From NCBI GenBank assembly GCA_046759385.1, contig JBHICC010000010.1, positions 1,117 through 65,116 on the forward strand: a stretch of DNA of 64,000 nt, given 5' to 3'. The translations under genes were made by a program, and so were the position numbers. The notes under the pieces were generated by a model. It searched no databases and was not told the origin of the DNA. It saw only the letters and a list, made by a program, of their open reading frames with translations. Positions within the stretch are counted from its first letter, which is position 1. Every line of letters starts with the position of its first letter. The stretch comes from Acidiferrobacterales bacterium (lineage in GTDB: Bacteria > Pseudomonadota > Gammaproteobacteria > Acidiferrobacterales > SPGG2). This document shows positions 33,737-46,520 of this stretch, piece after piece.

Positions 33737-34676
33737 CATCCTTTTCCAGCACATCGATTAACGCTTGCATATCTCCCGGCATCGGCGAGATCCATTCCAT
33801 TTTTTTTCTTGCCACCGGATGAGTCACGCCAAGTTTTGAAGCATGCAAAGCTTGGCGGCGGAAACCACGTAATGCCTGAGTGAGCGGTTCTTCCGCAGAG
33901 GACGGGATGAGCATACGCCCGCCGTAGGCGGGATCACCCACGATCGGAAAACCAATGTGTGCCATATGCACACGTATTTGATGAGTGCGTCCAGAAGTGA
34001 GATTAATATGAACGAGCGAATGCGCTCGATATTTACGCTTAACCCGATAGCGGCTCAAGGCCGGCTTGCCACGCGGGTGCACGGCCATGCGGGTACGATG
34101 CTTCGGATGCCTGCCGATGGGCGCATCGACTTCACCGCCCGCGATCATGACGCCGTTTACAATCGCTAGATACTCGCGTTTGAGCGCCCGCGTGCGCAAC
34201 TGCTTCATCAATTGCAACCGCGTGGGCTCTGTTTTCGCCACCACAATCAACCCAGACGTGTCTTTGTCCAGGCGATGGACGATCCCGGCACGTGGCATAG
34301 CCTCTAGCTGCGGCACATGATGAAGCAAGGCGTTGAGTAGCGTACCGTCGCGATTTCCAGCACCTGGGTGGACGACCAATCCGGCCGGTTTTGCAATGAC
34401 AAGCACGGCGTCATCCTCATATACGATGACTAACGGAATCGACTGCGGTTGCCAGGGCGATTCTTCGACTTCAGGGACATGGATTTCCACGAACTCGCCC
34501 CCGAGTACTTTGTCAGAGCTTCTCCGGTGCGCCTGGCCAACGCGAACATGCCCATCGCGCAGCCATTGCTGAAGCCGTGACCGCGAGAAATCTGGAAACA
34601 AGGCGGCAAGGGCTCGGTCAAGGCGTTCCCCTGCAAGATTTAAGGGAATACTCCCGGAAAGCTTTTTTGAAGTCAT
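33708..34676 (-). CDS. rluD: 23S rRNA pseudouridine synthase RluD
   Basis: S4 domain, GIVHRLDKDTSG, GRTHQIRVH, RQALHA; divergent from bamD. Confidence 0.96.
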   Translation of the reverse strand: MTSKKLSGSIPLNLAGERLDRALAALFPDFSRSRLQQWLRDGHVRVGQAHRRSSDKVLGGEFVEIHVPEVEESPWQPQSIPLVIVYEDDAVLVIAKPAGLVVHPGAGNRDGTLLNALLHHVPQLEAMPRAGIVHRLDKDTSGLIVVAKTEPTRLQLMKQLRTRALKREYLAIVNGVMIAGGEVDAPIGRHPKHRTRMAVHPRGKPALSRYRVKRKYRAHSLVHINLTSGRTHQIRVHMAHIGFPIVGDPAYGGRMLIPSSAEEPLTQALRGFRRQALHASKLGVTHPVARKKMEWISPMPGDMQALIDVLEKDALSRKGRGS

Positions 34677-34770
34677 GGACTTACGGCCGACATCCGGAAC
34701 CGTCCTTCACCTAGCTACATATAGAGAGTAAGCTTCTTCCTTAAGGGTAGAAATTTCAACGGCTTAACTA

Positions 34771-35613
34771 ATGACTGTGCGTACGTCTCTTTGGTGGGTG
34801 TTTATTCTTACAGGCTTGCTCCTTGCTGGCGGCTGCGCCAAGTATAAAGATCACGCGAATTGGTCCGCCGAGCGCTTCTATAACGAAGCGAAACGGGCCC
34901 TAGAGAATGAAGACTACAAGACCGCGATCAACTACTTCGAAACCATGGAAGCACGTTATCCGTACGGTCGCTACGCGGAACAGGCACAGCTTGAGATCGC
35001 CTACGCGTACTACAAGGCCGAGGAGAAGGCGCTTGCTATCGAGGCCGCCGACCGCTTCATTCGCTTGCACCCTACGCACCCCCACGTAGCGTACGCGTAT
35101 TACCTCAAGGCGCTCGTCTACGTCAAACCGGAAGAGAGCAAGGTTGCCCGCTTCTTCAGGATACGCGGCAAGGAAACATACGATCGTGACACCACGTCTG
35201 CGGAGAACGCCTATAACGCTTTCCGCGAGGTCGTCGAACGTTTTCCGCAAAGCCCGTACGCTCGTAATGCAGCCCTTCGCATGAACTTTCTACGTAACTC
35301 GCTCGGAAACGCTGAGGTTGGCGTCGCTCGATTTTATCTCGATCGGGGGGCGTATGTGGCAGCTGTCAATCGTTGCACGTACGTGCTGGAAAATTACCAA
35401 ACCACACCCGCGGTTGAAGACGCACTGGGGCTCATGGCTATCGCCTACAAAGCGATGGGAATGGAAGACTTGATGAAAGACTCCGCGCGAGTGCTGGTGA
35501 TGAATTTTCCGCAAAGCCAATATATTGCCCAGATAAACGGCACGGCCACGACGAAGAAGGCGAAACGCAAGAAAAAGAAGAAGCAGTCTGAAGAGATTGT
35601 CGTTCAATACTAG
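34771..35613 (+). CDS. bamD: Outer membrane assembly lipoprotein BamD
   Basis: Lipobox LAGGC, YPYGRYAEQAQL, FIRLHPTHP, AYVAAVNR. Confidence 0.96.
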   Translation: MTVRTSLWWVFILTGLLLAGGCAKYKDHANWSAERFYNEAKRALENEDYKTAINYFETMEARYPYGRYAEQAQLEIAYAYYKAEEKALAIEAADRFIRLHPTHPHVAYAYYLKALVYVKPEESKVARFFRIRGKETYDRDTTSAENAYNAFREVVERFPQSPYARNAALRMNFLRNSLGNAEVGVARFYLDRGAYVAAVNRCTYVLENYQTTPAVEDALGLMAIAYKAMGMEDLMKDSARVLVMNFPQSQYIAQINGTATTKKAKRKKKKKQSEEIVVQY

Positions 35614-35634
35614 AACGTCTTTCCTGCCACGAGG

Positions 35635-37305
35635 TTAATTTACATTCTTGTTACGCTTATTCGCCGCGAGCGCGCTAATATTTCTGCTGAAGCCTGACGT
35701 TATCGGATATCGGCGGTCGCGGCCGAATGCACGCGGGGTGATGCGCACTCCAGGAGCCGCTTGACGCCGTTTGTACTCACTGTGGTCAACCATCCGCACT
35801 ATTCTTTCCACGGTCACCGGATCGAACCCTGCAGATACAATTTCTTCTGGGCTTAAGTCCTGTTCCACGTACCGCTCTATGATGGGATCCAGCGAGGCAT
35901 AGGAAGGCAAGCTATCGGTGTCCTTTTGATTTGGCGCAAGCTCAGCAGATGGCTCGCGTTCGATAACGCGTTGCGGTATGGCTTGTGATATTCCGTTTCT
36001 GTATTCGGCAAGCCGATACACTAGCGTCTTAGGGACATCCTTGATGGCGGCGAAGCCGCCCGCCATATCCCCATATAAAGTTGCGTAACCCACTGCCATT
36101 TCGCTCTTGTTTCCGGTTGCAAGAACTATCTTGCCCGTCTTGTTAGATATTGCCATGAGTAAAACGCCACGAATACGCGATTGTAAGTTCTCCTCGGTAA
36201 CGTCGCGTGGTAATCCGCGGAACTCATCCGCCAGAGCTATAGTAAACGACTCGACGATCGGCTCGATCGGAATAACCCGATAAGCGACACCCAATGCTTC
36301 GGCCTCTGCGTGCGCGTCCTGCAAACTCATTTCGGCCGTATAACGCGACGGCATCATCACCGCCTCGACACGATCGACGCCAATCGCGTCTACAGCGATT
36401 GCTAATGTCAACCCAGAATCTATGCCCCCGGACAATCCCAAAACCGCACCGGTAAAGCCATTCTTGTTAATGTAATCACGCACACCAAGCACCAAAGCGC
36501 CATAACAACTCTCGGCTTCCTCCAAAAGGGGCTCGATGGAATTAGGTACCGGGACCGCGGGCGCGACGCTTGTGTCCATGTCCACTGGGAACAGCCCCTC
36601 TTCGAACGCAGCCACTCGTTGAGTCACTGTACCTGCAGAATCTACGACGAACGACTCGCCATCAAACACGAGTTCATCTTGCCCGCCGACGAGATTGACG
36701 TAGATTATCGGCACGCGTCCGGCGATCGCACGTTTGACTACGGTGTCTAATCGTTCCTGGGTTTTGTTGAGATGGTAGGGAGAACCGTTAAGATTAACGA
36801 TGAAGCTGGCACCAGCCTCCGCTGTCCGTTCTACCGGCCCTGACTGCCACACGTCCTCGCAGACGGTGATGCCCACCGGAATTTCATCTATTTGAACCAC
36901 ACATGGATCACTGCCCGGGGCAAAGTAGCGCTTCTCATCAAACACGCCGTAGTTAGGAAGGTGGTGTTTCAGATACGTGGCTTCGATCTTGCCGCGGCGG
37001 AGGAGCGAGGCGGCGTTGAATAACTCTCCGTTTTGGCGATGCGGATGGCCTACAATAATATTGATGCCCGTGACGGCGTTTGCGAGTGCGACGAGCCCAG
37101 CTTCTGCGCGTGTTACCAGATCCTCCCGGAACAACAGGTCCTCCGGCGGATACCCACTTACAGCCAGCTCCGGAAAAACGATTACATCGCCCTTGAGCTT
37201 TTTCTGAGCCCGTACCGCAGCGTCGATCAGCTTTTCAACGTTGCCATCGATATCCCCGACCAGCAAATTGAGCTGGCCCATGACAACTCTCAAGCGTTTT
37301 CGCAT
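35635..37305 (-). CDS. nadE: Glutamine-dependent NAD+ synthetase
   Basis: Nitrilase domain (FPEL, LPNYGVFDEKRYF, CED) plus GLSGGIDS, TGNKSE, GYATLYGD. Confidence 0.97.
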   Translation of the reverse strand: MRKRLRVVMGQLNLLVGDIDGNVEKLIDAAVRAQKKLKGDVIVFPELAVSGYPPEDLLFREDLVTRAEAGLVALANAVTGINIIVGHPHRQNGELFNAASLLRRGKIEATYLKHHLPNYGVFDEKRYFAPGSDPCVVQIDEIPVGITVCEDVWQSGPVERTAEAGASFIVNLNGSPYHLNKTQERLDTVVKRAIAGRVPIIYVNLVGGQDELVFDGESFVVDSAGTVTQRVAAFEEGLFPVDMDTSVAPAVPVPNSIEPLLEEAESCYGALVLGVRDYINKNGFTGAVLGLSGGIDSGLTLAIAVDAIGVDRVEAVMMPSRYTAEMSLQDAHAEAEALGVAYRVIPIEPIVESFTIALADEFRGLPRDVTEENLQSRIRGVLLMAISNKTGKIVLATGNKSEMAVGYATLYGDMAGGFAAIKDVPKTLVYRLAEYRNGISQAIPQRVIEREPSAELAPNQKDTDSLPSYASLDPIIERYVEQDLSPEEIVSAGFDPVTVERIVRMVDHSEYKRRQAAPGVRITPRAFGRDRRYPITSGFSRNISALAANKRNKNVN

Positions 37306-37408
37306 ATAAGGCTGTTTCACCCTTGCAGGATACGTATTGTGGCGCACTCGTTGCCCGTCGCCAAATCCGCCCACGCCAGCAACTTGTTGATTAAAGTAAA
37401 ATGCTCGT

Positions 37409-38557
37409 ATGCGCCTGTCTGTGATCGAAAATATCGATCAGATTCCTGCGGCCGACTGGGATCGTCTAACGGGAGGGAACAATCCCTTCTTGCGCCATGC
37501 TTTTCTAAGTGCGCTTGAGCGCACGGGCTGCGTTGCTCCCCAAACTGGCTGGTGGCCCCAGCACCTGATTGTCTACGCTGACGGGAACGGCGATGGATTG
37601 CCGATCGGGGCGGCACCAATGTATCTGAAGGGCCATTCCTACGGCGAGTATGTCTTCGACTGGGCGTGGGCACACGCTTATGAGCGCGCGAATCTAAGTT
37701 ACTATCCAAAACTTGTGGCGACCGTGCCATTCACACCGGCCACCGGCCCGCGACTGCTGGTGCCGCCCGGCGATGACGAATGGGCAATTAAACAACAGCT
37801 CGCTGAAGGTGCGTTAGCGCTTGCGAGCGAAACAAGAGCTTCCTCACTACATTGGCTGTTCACCACATCGGCGGATATTCCTTTACTGGAGGCCGCTGGC
37901 CACATGTGTCGCACAGGATGTCAGTTCCACTGGCACAATCCGGGGTATGACAGTTTTGCCCAGTTCCTTGCCGAGCTGAGCTCCACTAAACGCAAGAAGT
38001 TGAAGCAGGAACGGCGCTATGTGCGCGACGCCGGTGTATGCGTGCGGGTCGCTACTGGCGATACCTTGGGCGTGGATGACTGGGACACGTTCTACCAGTT
38101 CTATCGCTCTACGATTCGCGGCCACGGCGCGATCCCTTACCTAAGCCGAGAGTTCTTTCACAGCTTAGGAGCAGGGATGCAAGAGAGCATCGTCATGGTG
38201 CTCGCACGTCAGGACAAGACGTGTATCGCCGCGGCGCTGAACCTGCGTGGTCGAGACACTTTGTACGGGCGCTACTGGGGAAGTCATCGATACATCAACG
38301 GGCTACATTTTGAAGTCTGCTACTATTCGGCCATGGAGTTTTGCATCAACCAAGGATTGCAGCGTTTCGAGGCCGGCGCGCAGGGAGAGCACAAGCTCGC
38401 TCGCGGGTTTCTTCCCGTAACCACCTATTCCGCGCACTGGCTCAGTCACGCTGGCTTCAATCAAGCTGTTTCCGATTTTCTCGCCAACGAAAAACTCGGG
38501 GTAAACCACTATATCGATGAACTCAACGAGCACTCGCCTTTCAAGCAGCGTCAATGA
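37409..38557 (+). CDS. FemAB-like GNAT protein (DUF482 family)
   Basis: PFLRHAFL, HSYGEYVFDWAWA, PFTPATGPR, LYGRYWG, EAGAQGEHKLARG. Confidence 0.92.
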   Translation: MRLSVIENIDQIPAADWDRLTGGNNPFLRHAFLSALERTGCVAPQTGWWPQHLIVYADGNGDGLPIGAAPMYLKGHSYGEYVFDWAWAHAYERANLSYYPKLVATVPFTPATGPRLLVPPGDDEWAIKQQLAEGALALASETRASSLHWLFTTSADIPLLEAAGHMCRTGCQFHWHNPGYDSFAQFLAELSSTKRKKLKQERRYVRDAGVCVRVATGDTLGVDDWDTFYQFYRSTIRGHGAIPYLSREFFHSLGAGMQESIVMVLARQDKTCIAAALNLRGRDTLYGRYWGSHRYINGLHFEVCYYSAMEFCINQGLQRFEAGAQGEHKLARGFLPVTTYSAHWLSHAGFNQAVSDFLANEKLGVNHYIDELNEHSPFKQRQ

Positions 38558-38569
38558 GTAACATACGCC

Positions 38570-39274
38570 ATGTTTATTCTTCCATCTAGTTCCGAAGATG
38601 TGCGCTTCCCGCCGGTGGAGCTGGCTTCGCCGGAAGGATTGCTAGCAATAGGCGGCGACTTGCGAAGTGAGCGGTTGCTGGAAGCGTACCGTCACGGCGT
38701 TTTCCCTTGGTATAGCGAGGAGCAACCGATCCTGTGGTGGTCGCCCGACCCAAGGGCCATACTCTTCCCCGCGGACTTAAAGATATCTCGAAGTCTCAAG
38801 AAGAAACTGCGAAGGCGAGACTTTCGAGTGACAATGGACACGCATTTTTCTGCGGTGATCGATGCCTGTGCCCAGCGGGCAGGTGGCACCTGGGTTACAC
38901 CTGAAATGATTGATGCGTACAGCCGTCTTCATGACCAGGGGTATGCACACTCGGTCGAAACGTGGTCTGGAGACACTCTCGCCGGCGGTCTCTATGGGGT
39001 TGCACTTGCGGGCGCCTTCTTTGGAGAATCGATGTTCAGCCGCGAGCCGGATGCCTCCAAAGTGGCGCTCGTCTACCTAGTTAATCAACTCGACGCCTGG
39101 GGATATACGCTAATCGACTGCCAGCTGCCGTCACCGCACCTGGCGCGCCTTGGCGCCACCGAGATCCGCCGCCGCGAATTTCTGCATTTGCTCGATGCGG
39201 CCTTGCGCCTCCCAGATCGCTGTGGCCACTGGCGGTTCGATTCGGACTTGGCGACGCTCGGGAAGCGCGGTTGA
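38570..39274 (+). CDS. aat: Leucyl/phenylalanyl-tRNA-protein transferase
   Basis: GLLAIGGDL, FPWY, WWSPDPR, GESMFS, DASKVAL. Confidence 0.97.
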   Translation: MFILPSSSEDVRFPPVELASPEGLLAIGGDLRSERLLEAYRHGVFPWYSEEQPILWWSPDPRAILFPADLKISRSLKKKLRRRDFRVTMDTHFSAVIDACAQRAGGTWVTPEMIDAYSRLHDQGYAHSVETWSGDTLAGGLYGVALAGAFFGESMFSREPDASKVALVYLVNQLDAWGYTLIDCQLPSPHLARLGATEIRRREFLHLLDAALRLPDRCGHWRFDSDLATLGKRG

Positions 39275-39284
39275 TGTTGCGTTT

Positions 39285-40016
39285 ATGACAATCAACCAGA
39301 AACAACCAGCATGGTTTGTCTCAATGCCGCACGCCTGCAGTTACCTGCCGGGGCGTACAGCGACTACGCTGTTCATCGATCCGCAGCAACGAGTGGGGGT
39401 CGGTCTATTCAGCGAACTCACTCAACACGGCTTCCGACGCAGCGGCGACTTTGTGTACAGACCCCACTGCCAGGATTGTGCTGCATGCGTGCCGGTGCGC
39501 ATTGGGGTGAATCGGTTTGAGCCCAACAGATCACAGCGTCGTACTTGGCGTTTGAACCGAGACGTTTCCGTCCAGCGCATGGCTCCGATATACAAGCATG
39601 AGCATTTCGCGCTGTATCTAAGTTACCAACGCGCTCGCCACCCAGGTGGCGGAATGGACGAGCCTGATCCAGAGAAGTACATGCGGTTTCTGTCGACGCG
39701 GCACGTGCAATCGTACTTTTACGAGATGAGATTGGGCAGGCGATTAATAGCTGTCGCCGTGGCTGACGTCTTGCCGGATGGCTTGTCGGCGGTGTACACA
39801 TTCTATGAACCGGACGAAGGTCGGCGAGGACTCGGTGTGTACGCGATTATGGTCGAGATCGAGGAAGCAAGGTCGCAAGGTCTGCCGTGGCTGTATCTTG
39901 GATATTGGATCGAACAGAGCCCAAAGATGAATTATAAGCGTAACTTCAAGCCGCTGGAGGCCTATGCCAACGGGCAGTGGACGCCGCTAACGACTGAGCA
40001 TGTGCCAGCCGGGTAA
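39285..40016 (+). CDS. bpt: Bacterial ATE-like aminoacyl (Leu) transferase
   Basis: HACSYLP, GFRRSG, YRPHCQDCAACVPVRI, SAVYTFY, YLGYWI, KMNYK. Confidence 0.93.
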   Translation: MTINQKQPAWFVSMPHACSYLPGRTATTLFIDPQQRVGVGLFSELTQHGFRRSGDFVYRPHCQDCAACVPVRIGVNRFEPNRSQRRTWRLNRDVSVQRMAPIYKHEHFALYLSYQRARHPGGGMDEPDPEKYMRFLSTRHVQSYFYEMRLGRRLIAVAVADVLPDGLSAVYTFYEPDEGRRGLGVYAIMVEIEEARSQGLPWLYLGYWIEQSPKMNYKRNFKPLEAYANGQWTPLTTEHVPAG

Positions 40017-40108
40017 GACGGCCGGCGAAAGAGCTTTACGATTAGCATCGTACGCGGCATTATACGCCGCCAAATTCGCAAGCTTAGGATCTTGACCAGA
40101 GGCAGGTA

Positions 40109-40327
40109 GTGGCAAAAGAAGAACACATCGAAATGGAAGGCACGGTCATCGAAACCCTTCCTAATACCCTTTTCAGGGTCGAGCTGGAAAATGGCCATGT
40201 CATCACCGCCCATATCTCCGGCAAGATGAGAAAACACTACATTCGTATCCTCACCGGAGATCGCGTCACGGTTCAGTTGACTCCCTATGACCTGAGCAAA
40301 GGACGTATCACCTACCGGGTTCGTTAA
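40109..40327 (+). CDS. infA: Translation initiation factor IF-1
   Basis: [11 protein letters not shown]...[17 protein letters not shown]. Confidence 0.99.
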   Translation: MAKEEHIEMEGTVIETLPNTLFRVELENGHVITAHISGKMRKHYIRILTGDRVTVQLTPYDLSKGRITYRVR

Positions 40328-40453
40328 CCCTCGCAGAACGTGTGCACGACGTCTCCCTAGGATCTAAGCCGCGTGCGTGGCTCACCGTAAAGTCATCGGA
40401 AATACTACGGCCCAAGCGGGCAGAATTCGATTGGACGGGTTAGAAGATGCAGT

Positions 40454-42703
40454 CTAGTCAGGATCGATTAGCTCGAATCTAAGAGTGTCGCCCTTCGCCG
40501 ACACCTTTACGCAGCCACCATTAGCAAGCTTGCCGAAAAGTAACTCGTCAGCAAGCGGTTTCTTAACTCTTTCTTGAATTAGTCGCGCCATTGGCCTTGC
40601 GCCCATCGCCGGGTCATGCCCATGCCTGGCGAGCCATTTCCGCGCCGCCGGAGTCAGCTCGATGGAAACGTTCCGGTCCGCCAGCTGCGACTCGAGCTCA
40701 AGGACAAACTTGTCCACTACGTAGCCGATGGTTTCCTCATCAAGCGCCTTGAAATGGATGACCGCGTCTAGGCGGTTGCGAAACTCGGGACTGAACATTC
40801 GCTGAATGTCCTGCATTTCGTCACCGCTGTGATCTTGATGCGTGAACCCCATACTCGCCCGCCCAAGCCGTTCGGCTCCGGCGTTAGTAGTCATGACCAA
40901 GATCACATTGCGGAAATCCGACTTGCGACCATTGTTGTCTGTGAGCGTGCCATGATCCATCACTTGCAATAGCAGATTAAACACATCCGGGTGTGCTTTC
41001 TCGATCTCATCCAGCAGCAAGACCGCGTGCGGGTGCTTATTGATTGCGTCTGTCAGCAGACCGCCTTGGTCAAATCCGACGTAACCCGGTGGTGCGCCGA
41101 TCAGGCGCGACACAGTGTGCCGCTCCATGTATTCCGACATGTCGAAGCGGATCAGCTCAACTCCCATCACGCGCGCGAGTTGTCGCGTTACTTCGGTCTT
41201 CCCCACGCCAGTCGGTCCGGAAAAGAGGTAGCAACCTATGGGCTTCTCGGGTTGGCCTAGGCCCGAACGTGATAGCTTCATCGCCGTGGCCAACGCATTG
41301 ATTCCCTCGTCCTGGCCGAAAACCACCATCTTGAGGTCACGCTCTAGATTCCGCAGCGCGTCCCGATCTGAACTCGAAACCGTCTTAGGCGGAATACGGG
41401 CCATCTTGGCAACAATGCTTTCGATATCGTGGACACCAATGGTCTTCTTGCGTTTGCTAGGCGGCAACAGGTGAAGACTGGCTCCTGCCTCATCGATCAC
41501 GTCGATCGCCTTATCCGGTAAGTAGCGATCGTTGATGTAGCGATGAGATAGTTCAACCGCACTGCGCAATGAATGGCTGGTGTACTTCACCCGATGATGA
41601 TTCTCGAAACGGCTCTTGAGTCCACGCAGGATCTGTACGGTCTCGTCAATAGTAGGTTCAGTGATGTCGATCTTCTGGAAACGCCGCGACAGCGCCCGAT
41701 CCTTCTCGAAGATATTGCGAAACTCTTGATACGTGGTTGAACCAATGCATTTTAGTTCCCCGGACTGCAGTACCGGTTTCAACAAATTAGAAGCGTCCAT
41801 CGCACCACCCGAGGCCGCGCCGGCACCGATGACGGTATGGATTTCATCGATGAACAGGATGGCGCTCTGCAGTTTCTTCAGCTGATTAAGCACCGCTTTC
41901 AATCGCTTCTCGAAGTCACCACGGTACTTAGTACCGGCAAGCAGCGCACCCATGTCTAGTGCATAAATGGTGCTCGAACCGAGTACCTCCGGAACCTCGC
42001 CATCGACGATCTTCTTTGCCAAACCTTCTGCAATGGCGGTCTTACCAACACCGGACTCTCCGACGTAGAGCGGATTGTTTTTGCGTCGTCGACACAGGAT
42101 CTGGACTGTACGCTCGAGTTCTTTCTCGCGGCCGATCAGCGGATCGATCTTGCCGACGCGGGCCAGCTCGTTCAGATTGACAGCGAAGACATCAAGCGGG
42201 CTGCGCTCAGGAGCAGGTGTGCCCTCTTCGGATTCTTCGCTCGCGGGGAGCTCGCCTTGCCCTTCCTCCGGCACCTTGGAAATGCCGTGAGAGATAAAGT
42301 TGACGACGTCGAAGCGGGTGATGTTTTGCTTATACAAGAAGTAGACCGCGTGCGACTCTTTCTCAGCCAGAATTGCCACGAGCACGTTGGCTCCGGTCAC
42401 CTCCTTCCTACCCGCACCTTGGACATGCAGGACCGCGCGTTGTATCACTCGCTGAAAACCTAAGGTCGGGTGCGTGTCTGCATCACTCCCGGGCGGCAAG
42501 GTGGGAACATGTTCGTCGAGGAAGTCGATGAGGTTCCTCCGCAGCTCATCGACGTCACCGCCGCACGCACGAAGCACCCGTGCGGCTGTCGGATTGTCCA
42601 GCAGCGCGCTCAGCAAGTGTTCGACCGTAATGTACTCGTGCCTCTTCTCGCGCGCGTTCTGAAACGCCGCATTCAGCGAGGACTCTAGCTCCGGCGACAG
42701 CAT
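40454..42703 (-). CDS. clpA: ATP-dependent Clp protease ATPase ClpA
   Basis: Two AAA modules ([16 protein letters not shown]); downstream of clpS. Confidence 0.98.
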   Translation of the reverse strand: MLSPELESSLNAAFQNAREKRHEYITVEHLLSALLDNPTAARVLRACGGDVDELRRNLIDFLDEHVPTLPPGSDADTHPTLGFQRVIQRAVLHVQGAGRKEVTGANVLVAILAEKESHAVYFLYKQNITRFDVVNFISHGISKVPEEGQGELPASEESEEGTPAPERSPLDVFAVNLNELARVGKIDPLIGREKELERTVQILCRRRKNNPLYVGESGVGKTAIAEGLAKKIVDGEVPEVLGSSTIYALDMGALLAGTKYRGDFEKRLKAVLNQLKKLQSAILFIDEIHTVIGAGAASGGAMDASNLLKPVLQSGELKCIGSTTYQEFRNIFEKDRALSRRFQKIDITEPTIDETVQILRGLKSRFENHHRVKYTSHSLRSAVELSHRYINDRYLPDKAIDVIDEAGASLHLLPPSKRKKTIGVHDIESIVAKMARIPPKTVSSSDRDALRNLERDLKMVVFGQDEGINALATAMKLSRSGLGQPEKPIGCYLFSGPTGVGKTEVTRQLARVMGVELIRFDMSEYMERHTVSRLIGAPPGYVGFDQGGLLTDAINKHPHAVLLLDEIEKAHPDVFNLLLQVMDHGTLTDNNGRKSDFRNVILVMTTNAGAERLGRASMGFTHQDHSGDEMQDIQRMFSPEFRNRLDAVIHFKALDEETIGYVVDKFVLELESQLADRNVSIELTPAARKWLARHGHDPAMGARPMARLIQERVKKPLADELLFGKLANGGCVKVSAKGDTLRFELIDPD

Positions 42704-42759
42704 TAATAACCTCCGGGGGCCATAGCTGCGACAGTATTGGGTCTTGACCGCCTAGGCGT

Positions 42760-43077
42760 TCAAGCAGGCTCCGTGGTGCACTGCAACGGGTGCTTGTTGT
42801 CTCGGGCGCACTGCATTACCTGCTTGACCTTGGTTTCCGCAATCTCACGCGTGTACACACCACAGATCCCGATTCCCTTGTGGTGTACGTGTAGCATGAT
42901 CCGCGTCGCCTCCTCCCGACCTTTTCGGAAGAATTTCTGCAAGACCACAACGACGAATTCCATGGGAGTATAGTCGTCATTTAGCAGAATAACTTTATAT
43001 AAGTCCGGCTTCTTGACCTTAGGCTTGGATTCCCGGACGACGACGCCTTCGGCAGGTTGCGGATACTTGAGGCTCAT
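42760..43077 (-). CDS. clpS: ClpS adaptor
   Basis: [22 protein letters not shown]. Confidence 0.98.
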   Translation of the reverse strand: MSLKYPQPAEGVVVRESKPKVKKPDLYKVILLNDDYTPMEFVVVVLQKFFRKGREEATRIMLHVHHKGIGICGVYTREIAETKVKQVMQCARDNKHPLQCTTEPA

Positions 43078-43384
43078 AAACGTAAGACTAGCTGAATTCC
43101 CGGGGTGCCCGATTCAACGCACATTTTGCTGACCACGCCCAAAATTTCAACCCTGAAATTGTGGCATGAATTTTGAGCCGCCAGCAGCGGCTGGGGCCCG
43201 AACTACCAGCCAAAACCGGCGTCACTTGACTTAGATAGAAAAAGACGGATCATGCTTAATCCCCGCAAAAAATTTCGTTGGCCGCGGCACCCGGTAGGCG
43301 GCGGGCTAACTATAAGGCGGGTCTAGCTAACGGTAATAAACGCGCGACCGTAATCGAATTCGGGTCGCCATTTACGCTAGGGGG

Positions 43385-43600
43385 ATGGGTATGGCAACAG
43401 GAACAGTAAAGTGGTTTAACGCCAGCAAGGGGTATGGCTTTATCATCCCGAATGACGGCGGCTCCGAAGTCTTTGCACACTTTTCAGCGATCCAGATGGA
43501 AGGTTACAAAACTTTGAAGCAGGGGCAAACAGTGGAGTATGAAGTTCAGGACGGCCCAAAAGGACCCCAGGCTTCAAAGATTCAGCCGGTGAATGAATAG
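43385..43600 (+). CDS. cspD: Cold-shock domain protein, CspD-type by position
   Basis: [31 protein letters not shown]; divergent from clpS. Confidence 0.88.
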   Translation: MGMATGTVKWFNASKGYGFIIPNDGGSEVFAHFSAIQMEGYKTLKQGQTVEYEVQDGPKGPQASKIQPVNE

Positions 43601-43627
43601 GGCGCCCTTCGACCAATTCCTTGTTGT

Positions 43628-43653
43628 AAAACCCGGCGCAAGCCGGGTTTTTT
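43628..43653 (+). terminator. Intrinsic terminator
   Basis: AAAACCCGGC-GCAA-GCCGGGTTTT followed by more T after cspD. Confidence 0.88.
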
Positions 43654-43696
43654 CTTTTCTCAAGCGATCCGCTTGAGCGCAGTCGCATTGGGTAAG

Positions 43697-44839
43697 ATGG
43701 AACACGCGGAACAAAAGCACATTGTTGTAGGCCTGTCTGGAGGGGTCGATTCTTCTGTAGCTGCCTGGTTGCTGCAAAAACTGGGGCATCGGCTAACTGG
43801 GCTGTTTATGAAAAACTGGGAAGAAGATGACGACAACGGGTATTGTGCCGCGGAGGAAGACTACAAAGTGGCAGATGCTGTCTGCAAACGTCTGGATATT
43901 CCGCTTCGCGGCGTGAGCTTTGCGGCCGAATACTGGGACCAGGTTTTTAGCAGGTTCCTCGAAGACAGTGCCGCAGGACTAACCCCTAACCCGGATGTCT
44001 TATGCAACCGGGAGATCAAGTTCAAAGCATTCCTTGATTTCGCACTATCACTCGGTGCTGACCTGATCGCTACCGGCCACTACGCGCGAACCACCAAGGA
44101 CGAAGAAGGGTACCGCTTATGGAAGGCTGTGGATGCCAACAAAGACCAAAGCTACTTTCTCTATGCCCTGGGGCAACGTGAGCTTGCAAAAACGCTATTT
44201 CCGCTTGCCGGCCTCGCCAAAACCGAGGTGCGGGCACTCGCCAGGCGAGCCGGGTTGCCAAACTACGACAAGAAAGATAGCACTGGCTTGTGTTTCATTG
44301 GCGAACGACCCTTCAAGGCCTTTCTGGCGCGTTTTCTCCCGCCAGAGCCTGGTGAGATTCGCACTGTTGATGGAGTAACCAAAGGGTGTCACGACGGGCT
44401 AATGTATTACACGCTCGGGCAACGCCACGGATTAGGCATTGGTGGACCGGGCGGTCCCTGGTACGTTGCGGCGAAAGACACGCGTCGTAATGTCCTCTAC
44501 GTGGTCGAAGGCGACACGCATCCTTCGCTCTTTACTCAGCGCCTAGAGGCCGGTGATATTTCCTGGGTCGCCGGCGTCCCACCGAAACTGCCTTTTCACT
44601 GTCGTGCGAAAATCCGCTACCGCCAAGTCGAGCAGCCCTGCGTAATCGACGCAATCCCCCGGGGTCTCGGCGTCAGCTTTCAGCGCGCGCAGTGGGCGGC
44701 GACACCGGGCCAAGCGGTTGTGTTTTACTCGGATGACCTCTGTCTCGGTGGCGGGGTAATCACTCAGGTGACACCGTTGCGCGCGATAGAAGATCGGGAT
44801 GTGGAACTCATCGGTACTACCGTGTCAGGCCATAGCTGA
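43697..44839 (+). CDS. mnmA: tRNA 2-thiouridylase MnmA
   Basis: GLSGGVDSS, TPNPDVLCNREIKF, ATGHY, KDQSYFL, KDSTGLCFIG, TPGQA. Confidence 0.98.
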   Translation: MEHAEQKHIVVGLSGGVDSSVAAWLLQKLGHRLTGLFMKNWEEDDDNGYCAAEEDYKVADAVCKRLDIPLRGVSFAAEYWDQVFSRFLEDSAAGLTPNPDVLCNREIKFKAFLDFALSLGADLIATGHYARTTKDEEGYRLWKAVDANKDQSYFLYALGQRELAKTLFPLAGLAKTEVRALARRAGLPNYDKKDSTGLCFIGERPFKAFLARFLPPEPGEIRTVDGVTKGCHDGLMYYTLGQRHGLGIGGPGGPWYVAAKDTRRNVLYVVEGDTHPSLFTQRLEAGDISWVAGVPPKLPFHCRAKIRYRQVEQPCVIDAIPRGLGVSFQRAQWAATPGQAVVFYSDDLCLGGGVITQVTPLRAIEDRDVELIGTTVSGHS

Positions 44840-44885
44840 GGCTCAAAGTCACGACGCAAGCCGTGCAGGGTGCAAAATCTGGTAG

Positions 44886-46508
<1,623 letters not shown>

Positions 46509-46520
46509 GCGGCGCTTTAG

